From a virus (lineage: Duplodnaviria; Caudoviricetes), in IMG/VR virus record IMGVR_UViG_3300021368_000002: a stretch of DNA of 64,000 bases. One strand, written 5' to 3'. The number at the start of each line of letters is the position of its first letter. The first letter of the stretch is position 1. The position numbers were made by a program, and so were the translations under genes. The notes beneath the pieces are model-generated. The model did not search any database. It was not told where the DNA came from and worked only from the letters and a program-made list of their open reading frames with translations. Shown one piece after another: positions 45,988 through 55,543 of this stretch.

Positions 45988-46224
45988 TTAGTCATCCCAT
46001 TCATCAATTTCATCGTCAAACATTTCGACAGTTTCGATATCTAGATAATAGTTTATAGCATTATCTAAGTAAGCATCAGTGCCTAAACATTCTTGAAATG
46101 TTTCATCAGCGACACCATAATCTGCTAATAGATCAACATACTTTTCTGCTGCCAAATCTATATGTTTTTTATCTAAAAACTCTTTCATAGTCATCCAGAC
46201 ATCGGATATTTGCGATTCGTCCAT
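45988..46224 (-). CDS. acidic hypothetical protein
   Basis: ORF track. Confidence 0.75.
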   Translation of the reverse strand: MDESQISDVWMTMKEFLDKKHIDLAAEKYVDLLADYGVADETFQECLGTDAYLDNAINYYLDIETVEMFDDEIDEWDD

Positions 46225-46227
46225 AGT

Positions 46228-47307
46228 TTACTCCTCGACTAGGTCTTCTTCGATATTAACCTCAATATCGTCAGCGGTATTTACCACAGCTGACTCTTTT
46301 TCGAGATAATCTGACATAACCTTATCGAGCAATTCACCTTTCCAGTTTTTACGATATTCAAGAAGTTCTTCACCGTCTAGTGTAGTGTACTTTAACCTAT
46401 TACCAGACTTTTCAATTACACCTTTTGATTCAAAAAGCTCAAGTAGTCCACTGTAAGGATTCATACCTGTTTCGTATGGAATCTTTACTTGTACACCTTC
46501 AAACGGTTTAGCGTATCTAGTCTTCATAACCTTACAGCCAGCACGAATACCCATAACTTGACTGATCTTGTTGCCATCTTCATCTTCTTTTAGTTTTAGT
46601 TTTTTCATTGCTACAACAATTGAAGATGCATAGATAAAGCCTTGACCACCTGAAATCTTATCATCTGGATCGAACATATCTTGGGATGCATATGTGTGGT
46701 TAGTACATACAAGTCCTACGTTGTGTGAGCCGATCATATTAACAGTGTTACGAACAAGTGCAGTCAATGCTTTAGGCTTACGACCCATATCACCTTTCAT
46801 ATCACCTTTGTTAAACTGATCAACATCGGTGGGTGTTAATAACATACCCAAACTGTCAATTACAAATAACACCTTAGGGCGTTCTTCTTCAGGCATTGCT
46901 TTGTAGTCTGTCATAAACACACTAATAGTTTTAGCAACGTCATCGATCATTGACATATTAAGTTTAAGTAGTTTATCTTCTGACGTGTCAACGTCGAGTG
47001 CGTGTAGCCAACTTTCGTCAAGTGCATTTTCCGAGTCAATAAGGACTACAAAAATACCTTGCTGTTGTGCATACTTTACAATATTACCTGCACAAATATA
47101 AGATTTGCCTGCACCTGATTCGCCTGCAAACACAGTTACCTTGCCCATTGGAACACCTTTGTTCCAATCACCTGAAATAAGATAATTCAATGCATAGTTA
47201 CCTGTGCTAATCCAATCAGTTGGATCATTAAATCCTGCACTCATGCCTGTAATAGATTTAGTCAATTGTGTCCGAAACTTGCTCGGATCAAATGCCTTTA
47301 CTGCCAT
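46228..47307 (-). CDS. uvsX: RecA/UvsX recombinase
   Basis: GESGAGKS, IDSEN, VIDSLGML, NH.Y, SGG.GF.YASS. Confidence 0.95.
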   Translation of the reverse strand: MAVKAFDPSKFRTQLTKSITGMSAGFNDPTDWISTGNYALNYLISGDWNKGVPMGKVTVFAGESGAGKSYICAGNIVKYAQQQGIFVVLIDSENALDESWLHALDVDTSEDKLLKLNMSMIDDVAKTISVFMTDYKAMPEEERPKVLFVIDSLGMLLTPTDVDQFNKGDMKGDMGRKPKALTALVRNTVNMIGSHNVGLVCTNHTYASQDMFDPDDKISGGQGFIYASSIVVAMKKLKLKEDEDGNKISQVMGIRAGCKVMKTRYAKPFEGVQVKIPYETGMNPYSGLLELFESKGVIEKSGNRLKYTTLDGEELLEYRKNWKGELLDKVMSDYLEKESAVVNTADDIEVNIEEDLVEE

Positions 47308-47329
47308 TAATTTCTCCTATAAAGCCTAA

Positions 47330-47349
47330 GTAGGGGATTGCTCCCCTAC
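47330..47349 (-). terminator. hairpin between SSB and uvsX
   Basis: GTAGGGGA-TTGC-TCCCCTAC. Confidence 0.6.
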
Positions 47350-47360
47350 TGTTGTATATA

Positions 47361-48368
47361 TTACTGTCCTTGTCTTGCACGGATCATTGCGAGAATGTCC
47401 TGTGCATTGCCGTCACCTGCTGGAGCTTCTTCAGCTGCTGGTGCTGCTGCTGGAGCAACATCTTGCCAACCTGTATCAGTTGTAGTTTCAGCTACTGGTG
47501 CTGGTGCTGGTGCTGGAGCACTTTGGCTTACAGCAGTTGCTTGTGGACTTGCTGTTACGTTAGGATCGCCTGTACGTGCTGCCATACCTGCCGGACGGAA
47601 ATATTGACCCCAACGATCTGCATCATATGCTTCACCGTCAACTGACGCTTCAAACATTTCTTGCATTACTTTGACTTCAACTTCCCCTGGCTTCTTAGGA
47701 AGAAACTCTGACAAATTAAACAAGCCATGTGTTTCAATAGCTTTCATTTCAGCATCGCCTAATGGACGCTCTCTACGTGCCCAATTAGAAGTGCTATAAT
47801 CAGCATATCCGCCTTTTGAAGTTTTATTAAGACGGAAGTCTACACCAGCAGTATAATCTGTTGGTAGCTCTTCCATATCAGGATCCATAAGTGCCTGCTT
47901 AATAATTTGAAAAATTTGCGGACCAATAATGAAGCGTCTGATCGGATTCTCAGGTGCTTCGTCATCCGCTAGTGGATTGTCCGTTACAAAACCTTGGAAG
48001 ATATAAGAACGCTTTTTCCAATACTTACGACCCATATCTTCAAGACTTGGATCTTTAAACCAGCCACGTACTTCGTTAAGAATATTACAAGTATCTCCAT
48101 ACATTTCCATACATGGAACTTGTACTTGTACGGGCTTACTACTAGTTTCGCCTTTTACACCAGCAAATGGAAGTTTAATCATTAAACGCTCAACCCAAAA
48201 GAAGTCTGCGTTAGGATTTCCATCAGGAAGGAATCGGAGTGTTGCACTCTCGCCTTCTTTGATATTCCAAAATGGGTAAATTGGGCTAGGACCACTTGGT
48301 CCAGTATTGCCAGATGAGCGATTCTCTTGCTCTTTTAGTTTTGCACGAATTTCTGCTAATGTTGCCAT
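47361..48368 (-). CDS. gp32: ssDNA-binding protein (gp32-like)
   Basis: LRFLP, PC..C, KKRSY, YADYSTS, low-complexity AP linker; TTGACA-N17-TAATAT at 48425-48453. Confidence 0.88.
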   Translation of the reverse strand: MATLAEIRAKLKEQENRSSGNTGPSGPSPIYPFWNIKEGESATLRFLPDGNPNADFFWVERLMIKLPFAGVKGETSSKPVQVQVPCMEMYGDTCNILNEVRGWFKDPSLEDMGRKYWKKRSYIFQGFVTDNPLADDEAPENPIRRFIIGPQIFQIIKQALMDPDMEELPTDYTAGVDFRLNKTSKGGYADYSTSNWARRERPLGDAEMKAIETHGLFNLSEFLPKKPGEVEVKVMQEMFEASVDGEAYDADRWGQYFRPAGMAARTGDPNVTASPQATAVSQSAPAPAPAPVAETTTDTGWQDVAPAAAPAAEEAPAGDGNAQDILAMIRARQGQ

Positions 48369-48472
48369 AGTTATGCCTCCTTATAAATGCCTATGTTGTG
48401 TGCCTTTTTTTCAAGCACAGTCTTATATTACTATAGAACTGTGCTTATGTCAAGTGTTTTTTTTAATTTTTT

Positions 48473-50311
48473 TTACATTCCTGCAAGTGCAAGAATATCG
48501 TTTTGTTCTTGATTCATACGTTCGTGTGTAACAAATGTTTCATGAACTTTTTCTATGAATGCCATTGCTGGCTTTACATAATTGTCTCCATAGTCTTTTT
48601 CGACCATAGTAAGTATGGCTGTTTCTCCTTTTGGGAAACTACCTGTTTCTCTATCATAGTATGATAGAATAAATTCGCCTAATGGTGTCTTTTGATCTTT
48701 TTCAATAGTAATATCATCTTCATCATCGTCTGGATGATCAATCTTGTCACCTTTTTTAGCACCGTTCATTTTAGCTTGTCTAACTGCGTGTGCGTATGCA
48801 TTACCTTCTTCAATACCCATATTAGCAAGTAGCTCAGGCACTAGTTCTGCAGGATCAGTTTCACCATCGTTAAATGTTTTGCCTTTTTCAGTTGCTAGTT
48901 GTTCTAGCTCACCGTATAAAAACTTACCTTCTGGACCATCTTTGTCAATTAAATCCATAACCATTTGTTCTGGATCGTCAGCATTTGCAATCATATCTAT
49001 AATTGCTTTTACATTTGACTCACTAAACTGACCCATTAGCTCTTCTATTGTATCTTCTAGTTCTTCGTCTACTGACTTTGCTTTTTTCTTTTTACGCTCT
49101 TTTGCTTCTGCATCTGCTTTAGCATTTCCTGCTTTTTTCATTGCTGCTATACCTGGGCTATCTGCTTCCATAATATCTGGAACACCATTGCCGTTCTCGT
49201 CTCTCCACCATGAACCTGTTTCATCGTGTGAATCGTGTTCGCAGTTACAATCTGGCTTACAGTTATGCATTTGGCAACCGCAATCTTTGCAGTGATATTT
49301 TTCGTATCCTGCCATATGTGCCTCACCTAGTAAATCATCTGGACCTAGTTCAACTGCCTTAGTGCCTTCTTTAACTAGATTGTAAATGTATGGGAAGATG
49401 TCTTGTAGTTCTTCATTAAATTGTTTGATAGTTAATTCGTCAATCCAATTTTCAGCAACGTCACTTGGTACATCTTCTAGTACTGGGGGATTAAACGATT
49501 CAAATGTTTCCTTGTAATATGCTGGCTTTTGTAAACTTTCAATTGTCTTTTTAACTGTAGCAATACGCTCTTTTACCACATCCATGTATCCTGCAAGACT
49601 TTCTGCCATTACTGCTGAACGTCCCATGTAAGTTTTAAACTTACGTAATTTTGATAACTCTTCACTAAGTCCTACAATATGCTTACCAAAATCATCATAA
49701 GCATTGCCGCCTTCTGCTACGTGACGAGCCATTGCTCTAGCACCACTTAGATGTTTAAATGGATACTTAAATCTTTCACCTTCTGGAGACTCTATATAAA
49801 TCTTTCCGATTTTTTGAGTGCGTCCTGTGGCACTTTCTTGATTTATACTTTCGGTATGCTTTAGAATAATACGTGCATTATCTACATTTTGATAACTTAC
49901 CTTACTTGTACCGTATAATTTTGATTCGTTCATGGTGTCCTCTCCGGCAGCGTTTTTTGCTAGAAAATTATAATCTCTTTTTGTTAAATTACTCTTTGTA
50001 ATATCCCTAGTATCAAAATTTAAAAGTCTCTTTTTTGCAAACTGTCTTAGTTCTCTTAAAAAGTTATACCAGTCTTTTAATTCTGATTCACTTTCTCCTG
50101 CTAAAATATCTGCACCGTGCATTACAACAAGTCCATTGTCTTCTGATAAACTAAGGCTTACTTTGCCTTTGTTTTTATAATCAAATTCAATAAATCTTGC
50201 TTCAGATGGATTATTGGTTATCATGCCTTCTTCAGTGCCTATAGTAACACTTGGAAATCTTCCTCTAATCTTGGCAAAAAGCTCTTCACTTATTTTATCT
50301 AGGTTCTGCAT
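48473..50311 (-). CDS. large acidic modular protein, probable prohead core/scaffold
   Basis: ATG 50311 4 nt after late motif; next to terminase; acidic helical modules. Confidence 0.6.
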   Translation of the reverse strand: MQNLDKISEELFAKIRGRFPSVTIGTEEGMITNNPSEARFIEFDYKNKGKVSLSLSEDNGLVVMHGADILAGESESELKDWYNFLRELRQFAKKRLLNFDTRDITKSNLTKRDYNFLAKNAAGEDTMNESKLYGTSKVSYQNVDNARIILKHTESINQESATGRTQKIGKIYIESPEGERFKYPFKHLSGARAMARHVAEGGNAYDDFGKHIVGLSEELSKLRKFKTYMGRSAVMAESLAGYMDVVKERIATVKKTIESLQKPAYYKETFESFNPPVLEDVPSDVAENWIDELTIKQFNEELQDIFPYIYNLVKEGTKAVELGPDDLLGEAHMAGYEKYHCKDCGCQMHNCKPDCNCEHDSHDETGSWWRDENGNGVPDIMEADSPGIAAMKKAGNAKADAEAKERKKKKAKSVDEELEDTIEELMGQFSESNVKAIIDMIANADDPEQMVMDLIDKDGPEGKFLYGELEQLATEKGKTFNDGETDPAELVPELLANMGIEEGNAYAHAVRQAKMNGAKKGDKIDHPDDDEDDITIEKDQKTPLGEFILSYYDRETGSFPKGETAILTMVEKDYGDNYVKPAMAFIEKVHETFVTHERMNQEQNDILALAGM

Positions 50312-50321
50312 ATTGTATTTA

Positions 50322-51899
50322 TCAATAACTACTAATAAAGATAGGCATTGGCGGTTCGTAATCTTCATCCATCTCGGCTGCATTAAAAGTATTATACACT
50401 CTAGGATCCCAATCTTTCATAACACTCATCATACGTATGCAAAGTAGCGCAGCACTGACTAAGTCGTCAGTCATTCCTACCTTGGCTTGGTAACTAGAAC
50501 CTGTTGCCACATAGCCTTTAAGTTCTGATACAAAAGGTTTGGAATGTATTAACATTTTATCATTCTCTATCATTGTTTTTAATCTTGAACAGGCTGTAAT
50601 CTTTGTGCTATGTGTAGTATTAAATCCTTTACGAAACTTTCTTACGTGTCCTTTACGCATGGGTTCACTTATAAACAATCCGGGAATATTCTCTTCCCCA
50701 AAATCGTTTATAACGATTAGTGCTGCTTCTCCTATGCCGTTGTTTTCTACACTCCAATATATACCTGCAGGATTTTGTGTTTCATTTTCTATATATTTGC
50801 ATATATCAGCAAGCACTCTAACTTGGCCTGGTATAGCTGTTGTATTATGTTGCCATTCTGCAACTTGTTCGTATGTAGGAAGCTCAAAAACTTGTATTGC
50901 TGAATAATCGCCACCAGTTCCCATACTAGGATCTAAACCAACAACGTATGAATATTCACTTGATAATTTTTTATACCAGCGTGTTTGTCCCATATTAAGT
51001 AATGGACTTTGTCCCTCAAGGACAGCAAGTTTTATAGAATTTATAAGTGTTTCATCAAATACTAGAAACTCACAGCCATATTCACGTCTAAATTTTTCTT
51101 CGCCAATACGGCCTATTTCTGCTGTTTTCCATTCTTCATCTCTGTCAGGATGCTCGTCCCAAGTTGCAACAAAACTATGGAAGCCGTTTCTTCCTACCTC
51201 ATTTTCATTTCCATGATCATCAAATTTATCTTCTGCTTGTTTCCAAATTGTAGCAAATGTATCTTCATCTGAGTTTGGTGTGCTTGTAATAATAGCACGA
51301 CCACCTGTTGCTAGTGTAGGAGATATTGAAGTCCAAAACTCTTCTGCAATGTTAGGCATAACAAATGCAAACTCGTCACAGTATAGTAGCGAGATAGACA
51401 TACCACGTCCTGTGTTGCCTGTTGTTGTTTGTGAAACAATCCTACTACCGTTCTCAAACTCTATGCTGCCTTTATTGTAACTTGTAACACCTGCTCTAAT
51501 ATGATCAGGACAAGTTTCGTACACATAGCGTATACGTGCCATAATCTCTTGAGCACCTGTGTACTTATGAGCAGCAATAAGAATAGTTTGATCTGGGTTA
51601 AACATTGCGTACCAAGCAAGATAGATTGCCGCACAAGTTGTTTTACCAGTTTGTCTAGGCATCATATTGATGTTAAATCTATATGAATGATAACTGTGCA
51701 TTAGTCGCAGTTGATACTCGTAAGGATCAAACAACAACTTACCTTGCACAGGATGTTGAATATATGCAAAATTTCTAGCAAAGTGCAAGTAGCCTTCGTC
51801 AGGATCCATACATTTCATAAGATCTTCAATTTGATCTTCTGTATATGTTTCTTTTGTATTTGCTTTTTTTGTTAAAACGCCGTCTAAACTTTTACTCAT
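50322..51899 (-). CDS. gp17: terminase large subunit
   Basis: PRQTGKT, GMSISLLYCDEFAF, ITSTPN, GLDPS.G.GGD.S, DDLVSA. Confidence 0.96.
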   Translation of the reverse strand: MSKSLDGVLTKKANTKETYTEDQIEDLMKCMDPDEGYLHFARNFAYIQHPVQGKLLFDPYEYQLRLMHSYHSYRFNINMMPRQTGKTTCAAIYLAWYAMFNPDQTILIAAHKYTGAQEIMARIRYVYETCPDHIRAGVTSYNKGSIEFENGSRIVSQTTTGNTGRGMSISLLYCDEFAFVMPNIAEEFWTSISPTLATGGRAIITSTPNSDEDTFATIWKQAEDKFDDHGNENEVGRNGFHSFVATWDEHPDRDEEWKTAEIGRIGEEKFRREYGCEFLVFDETLINSIKLAVLEGQSPLLNMGQTRWYKKLSSEYSYVVGLDPSMGTGGDYSAIQVFELPTYEQVAEWQHNTTAIPGQVRVLADICKYIENETQNPAGIYWSVENNGIGEAALIVINDFGEENIPGLFISEPMRKGHVRKFRKGFNTTHSTKITACSRLKTMIENDKMLIHSKPFVSELKGYVATGSSYQAKVGMTDDLVSAALLCIRMMSVMKDWDPRVYNTFNAAEMDEDYEPPMPIFISSY

Positions 51900-51906
51900 A
51901 TAGTAT

Positions 51907-52257
51907 TTAACCTATTATATCATCGTAATAACCTGTATCGAATCTCAAGTCAAATAATTTACGTCTACTTTGTTGAATTAATATAGGCACAGGACTGCCG
52001 TAATCTCCGTACTTAGGCTCGCTCCAAAGCCATTCATACTCGTAACTTGTATTAAGTTTTTTTGCTAGTTTTTTTATGCGTCTACGATTTGTATTAGCTA
52101 CAATATAAACAATGGCCTGGTAATTTTCTAAGTGTTGCCACTCACCAGACCATTGCTCTATTTTTATTTCGCCCTTTTTCCAGGCTGCTAAACTCCAAGG
52201 ACAAACAACTTTAATTTTTTTAAAGTATGCTTCCCAATCAACCTTTTCCTCTGCCAC
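51907..52257 (-). CDS. hypothetical protein; start overlaps upstream gene
   Basis: VCPWS..WLWSEP; only GTG starts lie within the upstream gene's tail. Confidence 0.55.
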   Translation of the reverse strand: MAEEKVDWEAYFKKIKVVCPWSLAAWKKGEIKIEQWSGEWQHLENYQAIVYIVANTNRRRIKKLAKKLNTSYEYEWLWSEPKYGDYGSPVPILIQQSRRKLFDLRFDTGYYDDIIG

Positions 52258-52930
52258 GGCCTTTACCTTTACCACGGCCCTCGGTTGTTTTAATTTCTTC
52301 AGTTTTCTTTTTAGCTTTGCCTCTGCCACGTCCCTCTGCAAATGTATCTTCGCCTACCTTGACACAGTTGTCTACAGTTTTACCGCCTTTTTGTTTAGTG
52401 CCCATACGCTTGTAGCCTTTCCAGCATACTTTGCTATCAACACCTTTTTGCTTTTCTTCGTCTAGTGTGCGCCAGCTTGGGTTACCACAATCTTCGCATA
52501 CTCCGTCCTGTTTTTTCTTTTCAGTTAATGCATTCCAAAGTCTTTCTTTAATAGATTCAACTGCTGGGTCTTTTACACGGATTGCTTTACGGTCTTTTTC
52601 TCTATTAAGTCCACCTGACAAATCTTTTGTCATTAACTGCGTATCGCCATATTCTTCATCAGGCTCATTGGCGTATTCTTCTTCAGTTGTTTCGTCCTTT
52701 GGCCCCATAATAGCTTTAAGTTTTGCCATTTCGCCATCGCCTGTATCCATTGGTGGTTGCGGATGCTCATGTTGTCCGCCCATTAGTTTTATTAAGTCTG
52801 AAATTGCATCAGTACCTTGTGCGTTTAGGTTAACATTCATTGTAACCTTTTCAGGCTCAGGCATTGACGGTTGTGCCATTGGAGGCATAGGACCTTCATC
52901 TAATGCTTTTAGTATTTTTTTCATATCCAT
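52238..52930 (-). CDS. hypothetical head-associated protein
   Basis: CWKGYKRMGTKQKGGKTVDNCVK module seen in T4-like phage proteins; GRG tail. Confidence 0.75.
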   Translation of the reverse strand: MDMKKILKALDEGPMPPMAQPSMPEPEKVTMNVNLNAQGTDAISDLIKLMGGQHEHPQPPMDTGDGEMAKLKAIMGPKDETTEEEYANEPDEEYGDTQLMTKDLSGGLNREKDRKAIRVKDPAVESIKERLWNALTEKKKQDGVCEDCGNPSWRTLDEEKQKGVDSKVCWKGYKRMGTKQKGGKTVDNCVKVGEDTFAEGRGRGKAKKKTEEIKTTEGRGKGKGRGRGKG

Positions 52931-52932
52931 AA

Positions 52933-53490
52933 TTAGCTCCCTACTACACTTTTAGTGTTTTCGCTATCGTTAATGTCTTTAGATTCGCCTGGAGTAACGC
53001 CTTCTAAAGGATTATTATCTCTTTCTTTTCTTGCAGTTTCTAGCTCTTTAAGAAGATCCATTACTCTGTTTCCTGCAACATCTTCTTGTGCATTCATACC
53101 GCCCATATCTTCTTTACCTAAAACTGCTTCGTATGGTTCGTCACTTTTAGGTTCTTGATAAATTTCCTGCATTGCATTAGGATCTCTTACAATGATGTGT
53201 CCTTGGTCAACACCACAGCACTTTCCGATATATTCTTGCATAACTTGTGGTGTAGTAGGATAATTTACTTCTACGTCCCAGTATGTAACTTCCATGTTTT
53301 CTAACTGAGGAAAATCTAATGGTCTTTCTTGGATTGGTGTTTTCTTACCAGCTGAAATATTAGCTAGTTGATATTTGCCTAACGCATTTTCCATCTTATC
53401 AGCAAAACCTTCTGCAAGGCTACCTGCAACTCCAATTTTAAATGCATATGTCTTTTTCGACTCAGTTAAATATTCTGTAAATGACTTCAT
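52933..53490 (-). CDS. hypothetical head-region protein
   Basis: MKSFTEYLTES start typical of T4-like head/core proteins. Confidence 0.75.
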   Translation of the reverse strand: MKSFTEYLTESKKTYAFKIGVAGSLAEGFADKMENALGKYQLANISAGKKTPIQERPLDFPQLENMEVTYWDVEVNYPTTPQVMQEYIGKCCGVDQGHIIVRDPNAMQEIYQEPKSDEPYEAVLGKEDMGGMNAQEDVAGNRVMDLLKELETARKERDNNPLEGVTPGESKDINDSENTKSVVGS

Positions 53491-53506
53491 TTTAACATCC
53501 TAAACT

Positions 53507-54247
53507 TTATATTGTATTTATCCTAGTTAAATATTTTTCTTCTAAGATCTGTGCAAACCTTGCTTGCATTTTTGGCGTTGTATGATAGCCAGGATCTTCT
53601 TCTATCCAGGATCTGTTTAATTCAGAAAGATAAGATAAACTATCTTTTTTCTCGACAAGTATACTATCAAAGTTATAAAACATATTTTTTACATTGTAAT
53701 CTTCGTAATCCCATTCGGCGTTGTGCTGACCCATGAAATAGCCCGGTTGGAAAATTACAGGTATTTTCTTATATGCAAGAAAATTCAAAGCATCTCTAAT
53801 AATCCATTCATCTTGCTGACTTGCCCATTTTTCATCGCCGAAATATTTTAACCATGTTTTCATAATTTTTGATTTATCTTTAGAAAGTTTGGAAACAGAA
53901 GAAATAGCATGGATAGAATATCCTGTATGTCCTTCATTTTTGTCCATATCGGCAATATTACCTAAACTTTTAGTAAGTAACGATTGATCATACGGACCTC
54001 TAAAAATTTCAATTCGAGGGCCGTTTGTTGGAGTATATATTACAACATCTGGATTCCACGCAGCTACTTCTTGTATTTGTAAACGTATGTGAGAATTGCT
54101 TACACCAGTTTTAGCCAAATTTAAAACAGTGTGTCCTTTTCTTTCTAATATTGAGCTAAAATGTGTTCCGACAAACTGTGGTCTAAGTTGTCGATGATAA
54201 TCATCTGGTTTAGCACTTAAACTACACCCACAAACGGCTATTCTCAT
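53507..54247 (-). CDS. SGNH/GDSL hydrolase-like protein
   Basis: IAVCGCSLS (block I), LAK.GVSN (block II), DPGYH (block V). Confidence 0.6.
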   Translation of the reverse strand: MRIAVCGCSLSAKPDDYHRQLRPQFVGTHFSSILERKGHTVLNLAKTGVSNSHIRLQIQEVAAWNPDVVIYTPTNGPRIEIFRGPYDQSLLTKSLGNIADMDKNEGHTGYSIHAISSVSKLSKDKSKIMKTWLKYFGDEKWASQQDEWIIRDALNFLAYKKIPVIFQPGYFMGQHNAEWDYEDYNVKNMFYNFDSILVEKKDSLSYLSELNRSWIEEDPGYHTTPKMQARFAQILEEKYLTRINTI

Positions 54248-54732
54248 TTATCTAAGCCTTTAAGCCTCTCTAATAAACTATTGCGGTCTGTAACTACGTA
54301 TCCGTCTCCGTTAACAATATCTCCAGTATCAACAGTGTCTCTATCCATCTTTTCTTTTTTCAATTGGAGTTCTATCATTTTAAGTTTTTTATCTAGCTTT
54401 GCAGTTTTTGCATCTAACCCTGTTTTTAACATACTACCTGCAACTTCAAAGACCCTGCCACTATAACGACTTTCCACATTCATACCAAGATCCATAAGGT
54501 CTTCGTAGCTTTGCAAAGCTCTCTGTGCAATATCTTCTAGCTCTGAATCTGCTTTGTCGCCTAAACCTTTTACACTAGGTAATGCTGATGCAATTTTATC
54601 TAATTCAGCAATGTCACGCACAGCATCTTCTTGTTCAACTATTGCTTGCTGTGCTTTTTCTTGTTGTTTTGATTGGTCTATCAAATCTTTTGAATCTTGC
54701 AAATCTAATAGTTCTTCTAGTTTCTTAGTCAT
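54244..54732 (-). CDS. terminase small subunit (gp16-like)
   Basis: GRVFEVAGSMLK resembles PRAYEVAGQLIK of T4-like gp16. Confidence 0.55.
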   Translation of the reverse strand: MTKKLEELLDLQDSKDLIDQSKQQEKAQQAIVEQEDAVRDIAELDKIASALPSVKGLGDKADSELEDIAQRALQSYEDLMDLGMNVESRYSGRVFEVAGSMLKTGLDAKTAKLDKKLKMIELQLKKEKMDRDTVDTGDIVNGDGYVVTDRNSLLERLKGLDK

Positions 54733-54764
54733 GGTTGTTTTCCATTATATATGTATATAACTAT

Positions 54765-55202
54765 TTATCTTCTAGCACCGTTATGAAATATGTCATCTTC
54801 AGTAACTACTCTAAAGTGTATACCATTTTGCTTGCAGTAAGCTCTAGCAGCTTCCCATTTTGCTTGATTTAGAATCCAATGTGCTTGATTCTTTTGCGAT
54901 CTACCTACTCTTTCTTTTATTGCTTGATTAGCAGGTTTGACTTCTATCAACTCAACTCTTTGTTTACCTTTTTTATCATTATATGCAATAAAAAAATCAG
55001 GAACATAAATTGTATGCTTACCTGATAATGGGTTTCTATAAGGTATTTTGATTGCTTCACTTGCCCATTTATTAATACTAGGGTGTTCGTCGCAAAATTT
55101 CATGAAAGCAAATTCCCAACTGCTTCTGTAAGTTGGTGTTTTTCCGCCTACATATTTTTCTGGATTTTTTAGAGCAAACTTGCCCTGTGCAAAACGTGGC
55201 AT
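54765..55202 (-). CDS. gp4: head completion nuclease (gp4-like, TnsA fold)
   Basis: YRSSWE, WASE..IPY, YVPDF, EVKP, NQAKWEAA. Confidence 0.9.
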   Translation of the reverse strand: MPRFAQGKFALKNPEKYVGGKTPTYRSSWEFAFMKFCDEHPSINKWASEAIKIPYRNPLSGKHTIYVPDFFIAYNDKKGKQRVELIEVKPANQAIKERVGRSQKNQAHWILNQAKWEAARAYCKQNGIHFRVVTEDDIFHNGARR

Positions 55203-55531
55203 TATACTACAATATTTCTTGACTCTGTTGTGTTAACTTTTGTATCTGTTTTAACACCAAGCGTTTGTGTTTTATTACTGTTAGCATTAATAACTTCTAA
55301 TACGACTTTATTTAATTTAAGCTGTTCTAAATTGCCAAGGCTTTCTAGTAATTGGAATATTTTAACACCGTCAAGTTTTGCTTGCTTTAATAGTATAGCA
55401 CTAATATTAGCTGCACTTTCGTTACTAAATCCACGCTTTTCAAAAAATGCGATTACTGCATCAACTTGGTTACTTGGAAACGATAGTTCTTTTACAAAAT
55501 AATTATCAAAAAATTTCTGTTCATTTGCCAT
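55202..55531 (-). CDS. hypothetical protein
   Basis: ORF track. Confidence 0.7.
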   Translation of the reverse strand: MANEQKFFDNYFVKELSFPSNQVDAVIAFFEKRGFSNESAANISAILLKQAKLDGVKIFQLLESLGNLEQLKLNKVVLEVINANSNKTQTLGVKTDTKVNTTESRNIVV

Positions 55532-55543
55532 TTAATCTTCCTT

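Noticed and set aside
47430-47525. GCTGGT tandem repeats
   Set aside because: Encode the Ala/Pro linker of the SSB C-terminal tail; also explain shadow ORFs 47338-47645.
27711-51899. Inteins or introns in helicase, UvsW, UvsX or terminase
   Set aside because: Lengths are normal, motifs contiguous, and no intein splice motifs were seen.
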